A stretch of 64,000 bases of DNA. Source: Tetramitus jugosus. Taxonomy: Eukaryota > Protista > Heterolobosea. The position numbers were made by a program, and so were the translations under genes. The stretch is from contig OW569369.1 in the NCBI GenBank assembly GCA_937625935.1, positions 248,001 through 312,000 on the forward strand, in the 5' to 3' direction. Positions 33,302 through 46,546 of the stretch are shown here, one piece after another (the first letter of the stretch is position 1; every line of letters begins with the position of its first letter). The notes beneath the pieces are model-generated. The model was not told where the DNA came from and did no database searches. It worked only from the letters and a program-made list of their open reading frames with translations.

Positions 33302-33911
33302 GAATATTGTCTATTTGTCTGCTTGTCTGCTTGTGTGCTTGTTGGTGTTGTTGTTGTTTTACTACTTTTTGTTGTGATGAATTGCTATGATGACGATGAT
33401 GAAAAAGTAAAAGTTGTGATTTTGTTTTTGTGTGTTGTTTTGATAGAAGAAGAGAAGTTGTGATGGTCGTGTCGTGGTGTTCTTGCGAAACAAACAACAA
33501 GTTTTGTTTTTTGGCTGCTTGACCACCTATTATGTGTCTCGTCGTTGGGCTACAGTCGTTTCAACTGTCATGTGTCACTTGTGAATGACGCGTTACAATC
33601 AGCCTCGGGAAATCACATCGTCGGGCATATCAAAATTTGAGCGGAGAAGAACATCCATACAGATCATTTTCCACTGGGATGACCTCTGAAATGTACATCC
33701 TCAATGAGGTCATTGTCCACAAGATTTGATATGTGCGAAACACTACTTATTATCTTGTAGAATGCAACCTTCAACCAGTCAAATGATGAACCTTCAATCA
33801 TCGAAAAATTTCACTCCGCCTCCAGAAATCGCACAAACCAAAAAAATCATTTTCATCACCCAAATCCAACGCCCACACGACGAGTGCATTTTTTTTTCCC
33901 ACAGAGACGAT

Positions 33912-34409
33912 ATGCTGAGAAGAACTGCCGCACAACTCTACAAATGTGGTTCCCTGCGACCTCAATTCAACAATAACACGATGATGATTTCATCCTTTTC
34001 ACAACAACAACAACAAAAGATGATGAGCACATTCCAATCAATACAACAACAATTCAACAATATCAACATCAATAACAACAAACACATGATCCAGACCAAT
34101 CGCTTGTTTGCTCCATTGAATGCCTCATCTCCAATAACACACTCTGCTGTTACTTGCACTCAACAGTCATTGAGAATGAGAAGATGCGCTCCAAAGTACA
34201 GCCCAGCACCAAGAAAGCTCAAAACCAAAACTGCCGCCAAGAAGAGATTTAGAATTACTGGGGGCGGAAAATTGAAGCGAAGAATGGCGGGAAAGCAGCA
34301 TCATGCTTGGTCAAAGAACAGAGCAAGGAAGAATAAGCTCAGACAGTACAAGTTTGTGACCAACAGAAGCATTTACAAGAGATTGACCACCATGTTGAAC
34401 TTTAAGTAA
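33912..34409 (+). CDS. MRPL35: Mitochondrial ribosomal protein bL35m
   Basis: KLKTKTAAKKRFRITGGGKLKRRMAGKQH after a long presequence starting MLRRTAAQ. Confidence 0.88.
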   Translation: MLRRTAAQLYKCGSLRPQFNNNTMMISSFSQQQQQKMMSTFQSIQQQFNNININNNKHMIQTNRLFAPLNASSPITHSAVTCTQQSLRMRRCAPKYSPAPRKLKTKTAAKKRFRITGGGKLKRRMAGKQHHAWSKNRARKNKLRQYKFVTNRSIYKRLTTMLNFK

Positions 34410-34572
34410 ACGGCAAAAAGCTCCATTTTTTTTGAGTAGTGAGCAGATCTGTTTTTTTCCTTCTTCTTCTTCTTCCGTTGTCCGTTGTCGTTCGTGCGTA
34501 TAGGGCGGTTCTCTGTGCGCGTGCGTGTGCTTTTTACAGATGAATGATGCGTCGTGTCTCTCTACTTTATTA

Positions 34573-35384
34573 TCAATCAGAGTCGGAATCGGAGCCATCG
34601 AGTTGCAAGGGACCACCCAGTGGTCGATAACCGTCATCATTCTCCAGCTCTTCTCTCTTGGCAATAATGAATCGGCGACTGCAATCCATCATACAGATCA
34701 GAGAACCGAGTGCTGCGAGGCCCATCATCACGGGAGGAGCAATCTGTTGTGCTTTGTTCTGATAGGAACCACGGTATCGTTCATTGAAAAACATGATGAA
34801 ATATACCAGATTTCCAATGTTCAACAATCCACACTAGGATCCCAACAAACGGAACAAAACAATAATGCAGTTGACAGTAGTTGACAGTAGTTGTGAGATG
34901 TTCCCGTCAAAACATAAAGTGCACCCAGTGATTCAACAACAAAAATGAAGGATAACAGCCATGTGTTAGTCACGTACGTGGATCCAAAGCAAACAAATTA
35001 GTTATTTTCACACATGAACAAAAAGCTCACACAAACACATACAGCAAAATGCATAATGACACCCAAGATGGAGGAACACGCCGACACAAACAAACTGACA
35101 AAGGCAACAATTGGAATCACAAACATTGGACTCAACAATAAATAAATGAAGCATGAGCGAATGGATGCAGTGTCATTCGATTGACCGTCACAGTGTGGAA
35201 AGCATAAAAATGGCACAGCCTTTTGATTGGTGTTGTTTGTTAAAGAAATGTGTTGTTAGCTTTTACCACTTGAGTGAACAGATAAACCATTACTTACAAT
35301 CTCAGCAGAGTGCAGAATAAAGCACACAAATGCCAGAATGGCGCTCAGAATGAAACTCTTGAAATGGTACCAAACCTTTGCCAT
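34573..35384 (-). CDS. Small multi-pass membrane protein, unknown (intron-containing)
   Basis: Hydrophobic exons MAKVWYHFKSFILSAILAFVCFIL / CFIYLLLSPMFVIPIVAFVSLF / VMMGLAALGSLICM are separated by GT-AG introns. Confidence 0.6.
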
Positions 35385-35679
35385 AGTGTGAGAGAGTTGT
35401 GTGGCTGATTTTTTGGAAGGAGATGCCGCCCCAGAAATTCAGAAGCTGCCCACCCCTTCTAGGAAATATTCAAGCGCTGTTCGAAATTTTGGTGTTGTGT
35501 CATCAAAGGAAAATAAGTTCATTGAACACCGGGGTCAATCTGATCGAGCATACAATACTCGATGTTGTAGTTGTATACTCTCTTCAGCACACGGTAAGAA
35601 GCGTATTTTTAGATTGAGTATTGCTGAACCAAAAAGCAAAAAAAAACGGAACAACAAAAGAGCTGAACGAGAAAGCAAA

Positions 35680-36000
35680 ATGAGTGATCATAACGAACAA
35701 GAGATATTTCCTGGGGTGTACTTGACTGATTTTCGGCGAAAGAACACGGATGCGTCACCATCTGTCGCCGCTGCATTTGACATTAATCAAGTTTCCGTAC
35801 TCGATCTTCATGAATTGCAAAACAAAATGTTTCATTTGAAGAGATCAAACGAAGAAATGAAGGAGTTTGATCCTGAGGGTAAAGATCCAGAGATTCAAGA
35901 GTTCATACAGGAGAATATTGTGTTGTTGGCCGAGTATGAACAACAGGAAAAGTTGATCAAGTTGCAATTGGAAATGGTGAGCAGGCATCAAGTCCAATAA
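35680..36000 (+). CDS. Small helical protein of unknown function (106 aa)
   Basis: ATG in an A-rich context; HLKRSNEEMKEF..DPEIQEFIQEN resembles an uncharacterised eukaryotic motif. AATAAA overlaps the stop. Confidence 0.6.
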   Translation: MSDHNEQEIFPGVYLTDFRRKNTDASPSVAAAFDINQVSVLDLHELQNKMFHLKRSNEEMKEFDPEGKDPEIQEFIQENIVLLAEYEQQEKLIKLQLEMVSRHQVQ

Positions 36001-36352
36001 AAAAAACAAATACATGTTGAATAGAACTGTCAAAATCATTGCAATGTAGATTGACACCATTTTTTTGAGAGCAACAAATTCGGGTGGAAAAGACTGGGAG
36101 GAACAATGAGGTAGGAACTTCAGATGATGATCACCTGAACCACAATAGACTTTGATTTTGCATATGAGGGGGGACAAAATGAAGAAAATGATCCAAAGGT
36201 TTTCGGAGCAGTGCAAGAGGACTTACAGCAACTAGCAGATGAGTGGTTCACATTGTCTCGATCAGGCCTTGTCCTCTGGTCCATTGCTCTGGTCTGGTTG
36301 GGAGAGTGTGAGCTTTTGTTGTTGTTTTACTTGACGGAAACATGTTTTTTGA

Positions 36353-37855
36353 TTAGAAGGATAGGGACACATTTCCTGATTTGCTATTGAGACGAATTCT
36401 CTGCAGTCCAATGCCAACGATGCCTGTTTTTCGATTTGTGGTTTGTTGAGTGAACGTTATGTTGTCCTTGCTTGATTCTACCTTGGTTTTTCCACTTTCA
36501 CTCGATAGATCAAAGAAACCTTCGAAGTTTTGGACAACCACATTCAATTTCCCACTTGTTGACTCTGCATGAATAGAGTCTCCCAATTGATCAACACTCA
36601 GCTGTGCATGTCCCTCGTGTTTGTTGAGATAGAGAGGTCCATCGATGCGCTTGACATGGATGTTTACCAATCCAGATTCAGCAGCAACTGATAGATGATC
36701 TCTCACTTCAGCATTCGCGGTAAAGATTTCACCAAAATGTGATCTAACTTCTAGAGAGAACAAAGTTTTAACAGAAACTATTCGAATATCTCCCGTATGC
36801 GTATTGACCAATATTGATTGTTCAGAATTGACCATTTCTGCTCGAATCTGACCATCAACAGACGTTACAGTAATGTTGCCGAGAGTAGAAATATCGTTAA
36901 TTATGATGTTCCCCGACTGTGATGCTAAATTCAGGTGCTTTTGGGTTCTAATTCTTCTAAGATTGATATATCCTCTATTGCACGTAATATCGATCGAGCG
37001 AAGTTCAATATCACGGGATGATACCCCCGTTATTGAGCCTTGAAGTAGCAGAGCATGTAGAGCCAATGTAGCTGTCTTCGAGTTATCTGGGAGAAAGATG
37101 TTGTAAGTCACGGAGTCTTTCAAATTTGAGGAATCTGATCCTAGTACTAGGATTGAAGGGTCACTCGAATCAGGTAGCAAATAGGGATTAACGTTCTTTT
37201 TGCTATCCACTCGAACAAACATGTCAGTTCTACTACTCTCATAGAGCTTCACATTACCGTATCCTTCTATTCTTAATGTGGAGATTCCCAAAAGGTTGTT
37301 TTCCAATGTTGTTGATTTAACGTTACTCTTGGAAAGTGTTAAACCCAAAGACAAACCAAGAACAAGAGCAATGATGACCAAAGCGAACAATGTTATCAAG
37401 ATCACAAGACCAACAATGGAAATGCAACATTTTCGATCATGGGACAGACTTGCTACTTTTGGAGTTGATTGGGAAAGAGGGGTTGGGAGCTGGTTCGTTA
37501 AGGAAGGATTTACACTAGAAATGTCGTCATCCTCTTGAACTTCAGCAGTTACTATCATTTGATAATCTTGATACTCATAGTAAGGTACTCCATGGTAGTA
37601 GTGGGGCGCATATGTTGAATCGCGAGATTCATTCACACCTTCCCCAATGATGTGATGCTCCATATGTCCGCTGATTGGTACCCCCAAAGTCGTACTTGAT
37701 ACTTCTCCCACATTGGGATATATGAATGGAGCTTGAAGAGTACCTTCAGTGAGCTCGCTTTCGGACGCGCTAATCTGTGGTTGCTTACTTTCATTGTGAT
37801 TATTAATATTGTTGCTGTTGTTGTTGTTGTTGGTATATGAGTCGTGGTGAGGCAT
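36353..37855 (-). CDS. Type II membrane protein with DUF4097/putative-adhesin beta-strand repeats
   Basis: One long TM segment (ISIVGLVILITLFALVIIALVLGLSLGL) followed by repeats SQSGNI, SVDGQI, THTGDI, STSGKL, SKSGNV. Confidence 0.75.
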   Translation of the reverse strand: MPHHDSYTNNNNNSNNINNHNESKQPQISASESELTEGTLQAPFIYPNVGEVSSTTLGVPISGHMEHHIIGEGVNESRDSTYAPHYYHGVPYYEYQDYQMIVTAEVQEDDDISSVNPSLTNQLPTPLSQSTPKVASLSHDRKCCISIVGLVILITLFALVIIALVLGLSLGLTLSKSNVKSTTLENNLLGISTLRIEGYGNVKLYESSRTDMFVRVDSKKNVNPYLLPDSSDPSILVLGSDSSNLKDSVTYNIFLPDNSKTATLALHALLLQGSITGVSSRDIELRSIDITCNRGYINLRRIRTQKHLNLASQSGNIIINDISTLGNITVTSVDGQIRAEMVNSEQSILVNTHTGDIRIVSVKTLFSLEVRSHFGEIFTANAEVRDHLSVAAESGLVNIHVKRIDGPLYLNKHEGHAQLSVDQLGDSIHAESTSGKLNVVVQNFEGFFDLSSESGKTKVESSKDNITFTQQTTNRKTGIVGIGLQRIRLNSKSGNVSLSF

Positions 37856-37993
37856 ATTCGCGGGTGCTTCTTTTTTGGTCCTTCTACGAAACGCTCCAAT
37901 AGACGAGCTGTCTTCGCAAAACAACGGCGCCAATTTTCCCCTTCGATCATAGTTTACGCTTCGAACAACGCAAACAGCTTCAATAAGCGAAGA

Positions 37994-40900
37994 ATGTCAC
38001 GTCCTAGGAGCTTTCTATTTATTGTAACATATGTGTTGTGTTGGATATTGATACATTGCTCTGTGGTAATCCAAGCAACACCGACAACAATGGGCATTGT
38101 CATGCCGATATCATGCCCCATAGGATTCTATTGTCCAGCTCATTCATCTAAACCCATTGCGTGTCCTTTAGGAACGTTTAGCAATCGGACGGGATTGTCT
38201 AACTTGACAGAGTGTTCGTTGTGTCCCCCCGGTCATTTTTGCAACGAAACAGGTTTATCCACGCAAAGTAAGTAGTTTTTCATCAAGTTATGATAAGCTT
38301 TAGGTGTGGGAAACAAACAAACTGATGTTCCTTGGGGGCGAATCATAGGTGGTACTTGTAGTGAGGGATATTATTGCACATCGGGAGCAGTTGATTTTCG
38401 AGGCACCATTGGACCTCTCGGAGGAGAAGGAGGAGTATGTCCAGGTGGACACTATTGTCCTTTGGGATCAGCACGGGTACGTACTCTTTTGTTTTGATTA
38501 GCATGAATGAGCTTCTTACGAACAGTATATATAGCCGATTCCTTGTCCCATAGGCACTTTCAACATTCAAACAGGCAGATATTCAATAGATCAATGTTTA
38601 CCATGCACTCCTGGATATTTTTGTGAAAGTTTAGGAGTGCTCTCTCCGACGGGAATGTGCAGCGAAGGATACTATTGCAAAGGAGGGGACAACTCATCAA
38701 GGCCAAGTAACAATATATGCCCAATTGGACACTACTGTGCTGTGGGATCTTCTTATCCGCAGCCTTGCATAGATGGAGCATATCAGAACGCAACAGGACA
38801 ATCAATATGCAAGATTTGTCCTTCTGGATATTACTGTACAAACGCTCTAATTCCACAACTTTGTCCAGAGAAATATTATTGCCCTGAGGGGACAGGATTT
38901 CCTCAATACTGTCCCAATGGAACTTATGGAGATGATCTAGGATTCAAATCTTCTTCAGAGTGCAAGTCATGTCCATCTGGGAAGTATTGTCAAGGAGGTA
39001 TGGTGAAAGGAGACTGCTTGGCCGGTTTTATATGCTACGGAGGTAATTTTCTTCCTCATCCAACAGGCCTACTACCCAATGGCGATTTATGTCCAAAAGG
39101 ATTCTATTGCCCAGAAGGAACTTCTACTCCGACTCCATGTCGGAATGGAACTGCAGGATTGATTACAGGAGGTGTCGACGAGTCCGTCTGTGGAACTTGC
39201 CCTGCAGGGTATTATTGTCTCGAGCTAATAACAGACCCTATACCATGTCCTCCAGGACACTACTGCCTAGAAATGAGCACTGGTCCCATTGGTTGTCCCA
39301 TTTCTACATATCAACCAAATGAAAAAGCTTCTGATTTATCGGCTTGTTTACCTTGCGAAGCAGGGTTTTATTGCCCTCTTCGAGGCATGCCTCAGCCATA
39401 TAACTTTCCTTGTCCCATCGGACAGTATTGTGAAGAAGGTAGTACAATACCTCTTCCATGCCCAATATCAACATTCAATAATGATACTAGATCTACATCT
39501 GTGGAGTATTGCGAAGAATGTACTGGAGGATATTATTGCAATGAAACAGCTCTTATAGAACCAGTTGAATGCTCTGCCAAACACTATTGCCCAAGAGGAT
39601 CTTCTAACCAAGTTCTCTGTCCCATTTCTCATTATTGCCCTCCTAGAACAGAAATTCCTATATTATGTCCGGCAGGATATTTCTGTCCATTAGGATCTGA
39701 TTATCCAATTCATTGTGATGATCTAGGTTATTATTGTCCCGAGGGAACCGATTTTCCAATACTCTGTCCCCTTGGATACCAAACTACGAATCAAACATCT
39801 TCTCGAGCCTCCATCTCCGATTCATGTTCGATATGCCCTGCTGGTACGTATGGAAACCATAGTAGAAGATATTACTGTGAGGAATGTGAATCTGGATATA
39901 TTTGTTTCGAAGGGGCGACATCTGGTAGACCACACACTCCTGAGGAGAGAGGATACATATGTCCAATTGGATTTTATTGTCCATCAGGGACAATACAACC
40001 AACAGCATGTCTCCCTGGTACGTTCGGAGCAACAGTCGGTTTGGGTTCTCCCAAATCCTGCTCGAATTGTTCTGAAAATAGTTTTCAAGACTTAGCAGGT
40101 CAAACTTCTTGCTTACCGTGTGGTTCTAGCTCCTATTCTACACCAGGATCTACCACATGTACATGTTATGGATTGAATAGAGTATTTCAAAAATCCGATC
40201 GCTCTTGTATCTGCTCAATTGGTCATGTGTTTTATATTGATAATCGACGGAGTAGTGAAGCAGATGGAGATATTGATTGCCAACCTATTGTATACGATCG
40301 GTGCAAGAGCGGTTTTACTCGAAATTCTAATGGAAATTGTGTGTCTGATCGCATTTGCGATAATTCATGTGGTAGTGTGGGGGGTAGAGTTGCGATAGAG
40401 ACCGGCTTATGTGAATGCAACAATATTGTCGATGAAAATGAGATTTGTGATGAAGTTTGTAGAAGAAACCAACTAAAAGTACTATTCAACTCTCAATCTC
40501 ACATGTTGGAGGTGTATGATCCAGTATCCAGTTCTGTTGTTCGTTCATTTGATTTCTATTCAGTGAGTAGTGGTAACTTGAATTGTGTGGAAGATCAATG
40601 TAGATTTCAACTGATACAAATGAATGAAAACGGATTTAAGGGACTGTATAGTCCATCGACTGGTTATTTGGACAGTCTACTTTCTGGGGCCAATTTCTCT
40701 GCTGTAACTTCAAGAAGAGTACATGAAGTTCCACAAGGCATAGACCAACCAGCTGTGTGTCTGGTATCTGGTCAGGGCTTGCTTTTCGATCTATCTGCTG
40801 GCAAGGACCATTATCCGGTCTACCAAAAAGATTCTCTAGTCAACACTAATAAGAATTTTGATTATGGGGACTTTAGAAGATTGGCAGATATGATGAAGAG

Positions 40901-43900
40901 TAATCTGACTATTCATACATTCTCCTTTGTGTTCCACGAGCCTGGCATCTATCTCTTTGTTGATAATGCAGATCGGAACAAGAACTCAATTGTAAGAGTG
41001 CTACCAGCGGATCAGGAGTGTCCTTCGGCTGTTTTTCGACCAATTACTTCAAGTAATCTTGTCACTTTGGGAGTTTCCAAAACTTCAGATATTCTCCTCA
41101 CACCAGATTGGTTGCTCGTTGGTGTTTTGCTTCTGAGTGCCTTTGTATTTGTAGGCGTTTTGATCTTGGCTGTTCACTTTTTCCGAACTCGATCCTGGCA
41201 CATCAGTTCTGCTTTCAAGCCTAAGTACAAAAAACTGTTGCCTATCGATGAGTCTGATATCAGATCTGAGGATCTGCTTTCTCATCGAAAGTTATTCTCC
41301 TCTGGAGGTCCCAATTCAGAATTGAGAGTTGGAATTGATGAGCTTGTAGATCTAGAAGGTTTTAACGTCAAAGTATTTTATGACAAGTTAACACAGTTTT
41401 CACAAGGAATAATAGACAATGTTCAAGGTCATGGATCTCAAGCAGTTGATTTGTATAAGAGGATTCACAATCAATTTGAATCTATTCGAGAATTGTTGCG
41501 CAACAATCACTTTTTTGGGGAGATACCATATCATCAACAGTTTTTAGTCCTTCTTCAGAGTTTGAAGAACATGTCAGAATCGAAAGTTGTTGATCCAGGC
41601 ACTGAAAATGCTGAGATAAGAAGCAATTTCCAATTGTTGAGACAGAAACTTGATCTTGTTAAGGGAGAGTTTAATAATGAATTAGGAGAGACAACAGCAT
41701 TCAACTCCATATTGCATCAATTAAATGAAGCTGAGAAGGATGTTATCCATTGTGAGACTCTGTATCGAGATGGATCTATACCATTGGAGGATTTTCAAAA
41801 GCAGTTAAAAGAGAACTATACCAAGATTAGAGAAGTAATGGATGAGTTAGATACGAAATTCGCAGAGAGAAAACCCCTTGTGTCATCTTCTAACAAGAAT
41901 GATATCACTTCCATACTCAAGGAATATCTAGAGAGTGCCGTTTCTGATTTGGTTCACACTCACAGACGAGATCTTCCGTTCCCTGTTATTCCAATGCTCG
42001 CAGAGGAGTATGACGATGTCTTGTTCGATGATGGTCGCTACTCAGACGACGACTCAGACATAGTGTCCTCCAAGAACATGGAAACTCGCAGTATGAGAAG
42101 CAAAGCAAGTGTAAGGATAGACCGCGAAGAGGTATTTGACGATACACTTGATGAAAGTGACGACCATGAGTCTGAAAATCTGGACCCTGATGTAAGACGA
42201 TCACAGGTTTTGGAACAAAAGATCAAACGAAAAGCGAAACAATTGAGATTGAGCCAACGAAATGACCTACAGGAGTTGAATGATTCAGTTCTGGAAGAGT
42301 TTGAGAATGAAAAGAAGAAAATATCTCATGCGATTGCCGCCATCAGAGAAGATCGACTAAATGAGATGAAAAGAAAATTGGAAGATGCTAAAAAGCAATT
42401 GGATAAAGACCCAGATCTCAAAGCAGAACAGAAGAAAGGAGTTTTGGAAGCTCTTTATGCCGAGATGGATGAATACAATAGATTTATGGACAAGGAAAAG
42501 CGTGCTCAGGAAGAATTATTGAAGCAAATATTAGAAGAAAAGAGGAGAAAGAAGAGGGATTTGCTTAAGAGAAAGCATGATGAGGAGTTAAGAATTCAAC
42601 AGGAGGAATTTGTATTTCATAAGAACAAATTGGCAGATATTCTTGGTGAGATGAGTGCGCACAAGGATGATAGGGACAAAAACGTTGCTCTCGAGCTGAC
42701 GAGACAGAAGAATATGATCGAACAACAATTAATTGAGAGCGAGAGGCGACGGCAAGAAAAGCAACAAAAACAGAAAGAATTACTTGAAAGAATTTTGAAA
42801 GAAGAGAATGGGATCGAGACCCAGACCAACAAAGATAAAGAATTATTGGATAGCAATTTAATTAACTTGCAAAAGAGAGTTTTAGACGAGCAAATCAAGT
42901 CGGAGCAGCAACCAGACAAGAAAAATCAAGTCATAGCTGATTATGAGCGAAAGCTTGATCAATTCAAGAAGTTAATCGAGGAGGACAAGGAGAAGCGAGA
43001 AAGTGAAGCAGAACAGCGAATGGAGTCGAAGAAACACTCGAACACAATTCAATTACAAAGTGTTCAAGCTTTAGAGGAGCAGGAGGACATTGAGGAACAA
43101 CAGAAGGAACTGGATCAATTAAGAAATATTATGAGAAACTTCAACGATAATAGCGATAATCTAGTTCAAGCAGTCTCGAAGGAAAAAGAGCGACAAGAAC
43201 GCGAAGTGCAAGCGAAACTTGAACTGTTGAAGGTCGTACAGAATAAGAAGAACGAACAGCGAGTGATTGAGCAAAAACAATTGGAGGATGAACTCGAGAA
43301 GGAGAAGAGACGACAACAAGAGGAGATAGAGAAACAGATTGAGATCGAAATGAAGAACAAACTCCAAGCGCAAGAAGCCACAATGAACAGAGAAATACAA
43401 GATCAATCAATGAGAGATCATCAGAAGAAGGAAATAATGGACAACTATGAACAGAGCAAGCAGAACTTAGAGCTTCAAATGAATCACGTCAAACAAGTTC
43501 AATTGGAAGAGCTAGAGAGAAAGATGGAAGAGAAAAAGAAGATACTCACCGAGAAGTTACGAAGGGAGCACCAAGATCAGATTCAAAAGGAGCTCTCTGA
43601 AGCTGAAGCACAGATCAATCAGATTATCCCTACCAATTCTACTCTTGATGAAACCATCCCTCTCGTGTCCATATCTATTGAAGATGACGAAGAACAAAAA
43701 GAGTTGAGAAGAGCCAATCAAATCGAATTAGAATTGTTTAGACAAAAACAGCAAGAAGATGTGGAAAAGGAAATGTCGAGAATTAAACAAGAAATGGAAC
43801 AGAAGTTGGAAAAGAGAAAGGAGATGCTTCTCCAATCCCAGAATACTAAATTAAAAGAACTGGAAGATGCAAAGCAGAAGCAATCCGAAGAATCAAATGA

Positions 43901-45398
43901 ATTCAAGAGACAACAAATTATTGATGATTACGAGCGTAATAAGACTTTATTCGAGAAATCTGTTCACATGGAGGCAATGAAACAAGACAATGATTTCTCA
44001 ATGCTGTTAGAGGCAGCAAAGCAAAAAATGCTATTGAAGAATTCCAATGCCCTTCTACAAAAGAAGAGAGAACAAGATAAAAAAGAAGAGGAGTTACGTT
44101 CAGCTCATGTTGTTCAAGCTGAGAGAAAAGCACTCTTGGACATAATTACGAATAACTCTGTGCCAGTAAGATGTGTGTCGGACGCTGTAGATGTTGTTGT
44201 AATTCCGAGAATGAACCAAGAAATTAACGAATTACCGAACAAGTATGCCAAGTACAAAAAGGATCAAGTGCAAATAATATCAGAGAGATACAAGAAAAAA
44301 TTGCAGCAATTACAAGATTTACACAACCAATATGACAAGGAGGGAAACGTCCAGGAGGCGAAAGCAATCCAAGAACAGATAAACGCCACGGAGAAGCAGG
44401 AGCATGACGAAGTTAACCTGGCAATGAAGGAACTCGACCTTCAGATGACACAAGAGAGAATTGAACTGAAAGAGAAACATTTGGCGCAAAAGAATAACTT
44501 TTGTAAGGAGTTTGAGCAGTACGAAGGCTTGTTGGAGGACCGTGTTGAGGAAAATAAAAAGATAAAAGATGCAATTGAGTCGTTTGCAAAACAGATTGAA
44601 GATCAAAGAGAGGAGAATAGATTGAAGATAGAGGATCAGAAGAAGAAGATTCAGGAGGAATTAGAGGCTCAGTACCAGAAAGAGATTGATCATGAAACCG
44701 CAAAGATAAAAGAACAAATAGAAAAGGAGAGGAACAAGCTTACTGTTCAAGAGTTGATCGCTGAACGAGAACAAGAAGTAAAACAATTACTTGAGCAACA
44801 AAAGAACTTAGAGAAGGATCAGAGAGAGAAGATATTAGCTCAACACAAAATTGATATGACACGCTTCGAGGAAGCATTGGAGGACGAACGAGAGAGACAA
44901 GATGAATATTTAAAGAAGAGAATTGATGAGGTATTAGCAGAGAAGATGAGAAAGAAAAAACAGAAAGGAGAAGAGAAGATTAACAACATGTTTAGCAGCA
45001 GTAGGGACTTGTTGTCGGATAGTAAGAAGAAATCGCTTGCCACTCGAGCTTTGAATCGTTGGCAAGCGCAAGTAACAGATGAACCAATGCCAGCCCAACT
45101 ACGATCGAGCATGAACTCTATAACGGTTCCTACTACATCTCTCTCACCACCTCCTCGCGTTTCAAGTCGAACGTCGATGATGAGTAGCGCAACGAACAAC
45201 ATCCTCTCGAAGAATTCCTCATTTGAGCGCTCGTGGTTCGCTATGTTGCTCCGTTCACCATTGTATGCCAAACTCCACAATATTGAAAGGTTATTGCTGG
45301 CACTACAGAAAGGAGGATATTTTGATGGTTTAGACACCGAGTTTCACATGAAACTTAACGATTTGGAATCTAACAAGTCAGAGCAAGCAATTTACTGA
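37994..45398 (+). CDS. Giant type I membrane protein: signal peptide, GCC2/GCC3 (ephrin-receptor-like) Cys repeats, one TM, long cytoplasmic coiled coil (2 short introns near the 5' end)
   Basis: More than 20 CPxGxYC repeats; PVYQKDSLVNTNKNFDYGDF..FSFVFHEPGIYLF module; TM WLLVGVLLLSAFVFVGVLILAV; about 1000 aa of E/K/Q coiled coil. Confidence 0.85.
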
Positions 45399-45511
45399 AG
45401 TGGATTGGTGTTATTCGAAAATAGAAAGGGCTCAAACATGCAAGTAATAAAGTATCGTTTGTTTGATCTTCAGATCTCTTATGATGAAGAGAATCAAACG
45501 AGTAAGAGAAC

Positions 45512-46546
45512 CTACACAACTAAAGTTGGAATTTGAGCAGCAGCCAAAACAACAACATCATACTTCTCACAACCAATCATTGACAACATCCGAAGCCCTG
45601 GTAGATAGGTGAGCGCTTTCTTTGTCACAGTTTCCTCGTTGCAATATGACAAGTTTAACGACTGGATTCCTGCTAGTCCCTTGAGTATTTGATCCGAAAT
45701 TGTGCGTTGGTTGCAAAAAGACATGTCCAATGTATGAATACCAGCCAAACGAAGGAATGCCTTGTCTGTAATTGTTGTCTGATTGCACCCATAAATGTTC
45801 AGCGTGTGAATCCCAGCCAAATAGGAGAACGCTCTATCTGTGATGGTCCACTGGTTACATCCACTCATAAACAACGAATGAATTCCGCTCAAATACGAGA
45901 AAGCTTTGTCTGTAATCGCCAATTGCGTGCAGAATGACATATCCAAAGTGTGAATTCCTTTCAAATGCTCAAATGCAGCATCAGTAATCGTTGGTTGAAC
46001 GCAATAGGACATATCTAACGTATGGATTCCAGACAAATAGCGGAACGCATGATCAGAAAGTTTATGCTGGTTGCACCAACACATTTTCAATGTATGAATA
46101 CCTCTCAATCTCTTCATAGCCTTCTCTGTAATAGTTTTTTGATCACACCAAGACATGTCCAATGTATGAATCTGACCCTTCAAGAACTTAAAGTGTTGAT
46201 CGCTTACATTCGCATTTGAATTGAAATGGACATTAAACAATGTTCCCTGGGCAATTGTGAAGTACCTTGTAATTTCATTGGCAGTCAGATCCTTTTTCAG
46301 AGTTCTCACCTTGTTGTACATGAGTTGTCCTTTGTTCTTGAATTCATTCAGATCCTTGCACGTGTAGCTCAATTGAATCCACTCCTTCGTATCGCAAAAT
46401 TCAATCACATTGATCCAGACATCCAATGGCAGAGGTTGGCTCAAATGTTCTGGAGGGCACTCTGGAGGTGTTTGCTGTTGTCCATAAACCTGTCTGTAAT
46501 CCATCATTGATCTCAGAGTGTACTCTGTTGGCATGCACCAGTTCAT
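45512..46546 (-). CDS. F-box plus leucine-rich-repeat protein
   Basis: F-box LPLDVWINVIEFC..LSYTCKDL followed by about eight 24-aa repeats GIHTLDMSxCxQxTITDxAFxxL. Confidence 0.85.
   Translation of the reverse strand: MNWCMPTEYTLRSMMDYRQVYGQQQTPPECPPEHLSQPLPLDVWINVIEFCDTKEWIQLSYTCKDLNEFKNKGQLMYNKVRTLKKDLTANEITRYFTIAQGTLFNVHFNSNANVSDQHFKFLKGQIHTLDMSWCDQKTITEKAMKRLRGIHTLKMCWCNQHKLSDHAFRYLSGIHTLDMSYCVQPTITDAAFEHLKGIHTLDMSFCTQLAITDKAFSYLSGIHSLFMSGCNQWTITDRAFSYLAGIHTLNIYGCNQTTITDKAFLRLAGIHTLDMSFCNQRTISDQILKGLAGIQSLNLSYCNEETVTKKALTYLPGLRMLSMIGCEKYDVVVLAAAQIPTLVV

Noticed and set aside
32762-33463. 233-aa hydrophobic plus-strand ORF and similar antisense ORFs (15587-15874, 50102-50626)
   Set aside because: Antisense shadows of low-complexity coding regions.
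35845-36216. Minus ORF with a weak LRR-like phrase (SFPPEFVALKKM)
   Set aside because: A single weak motif, a non-ATG start, and overlap with a better gene.
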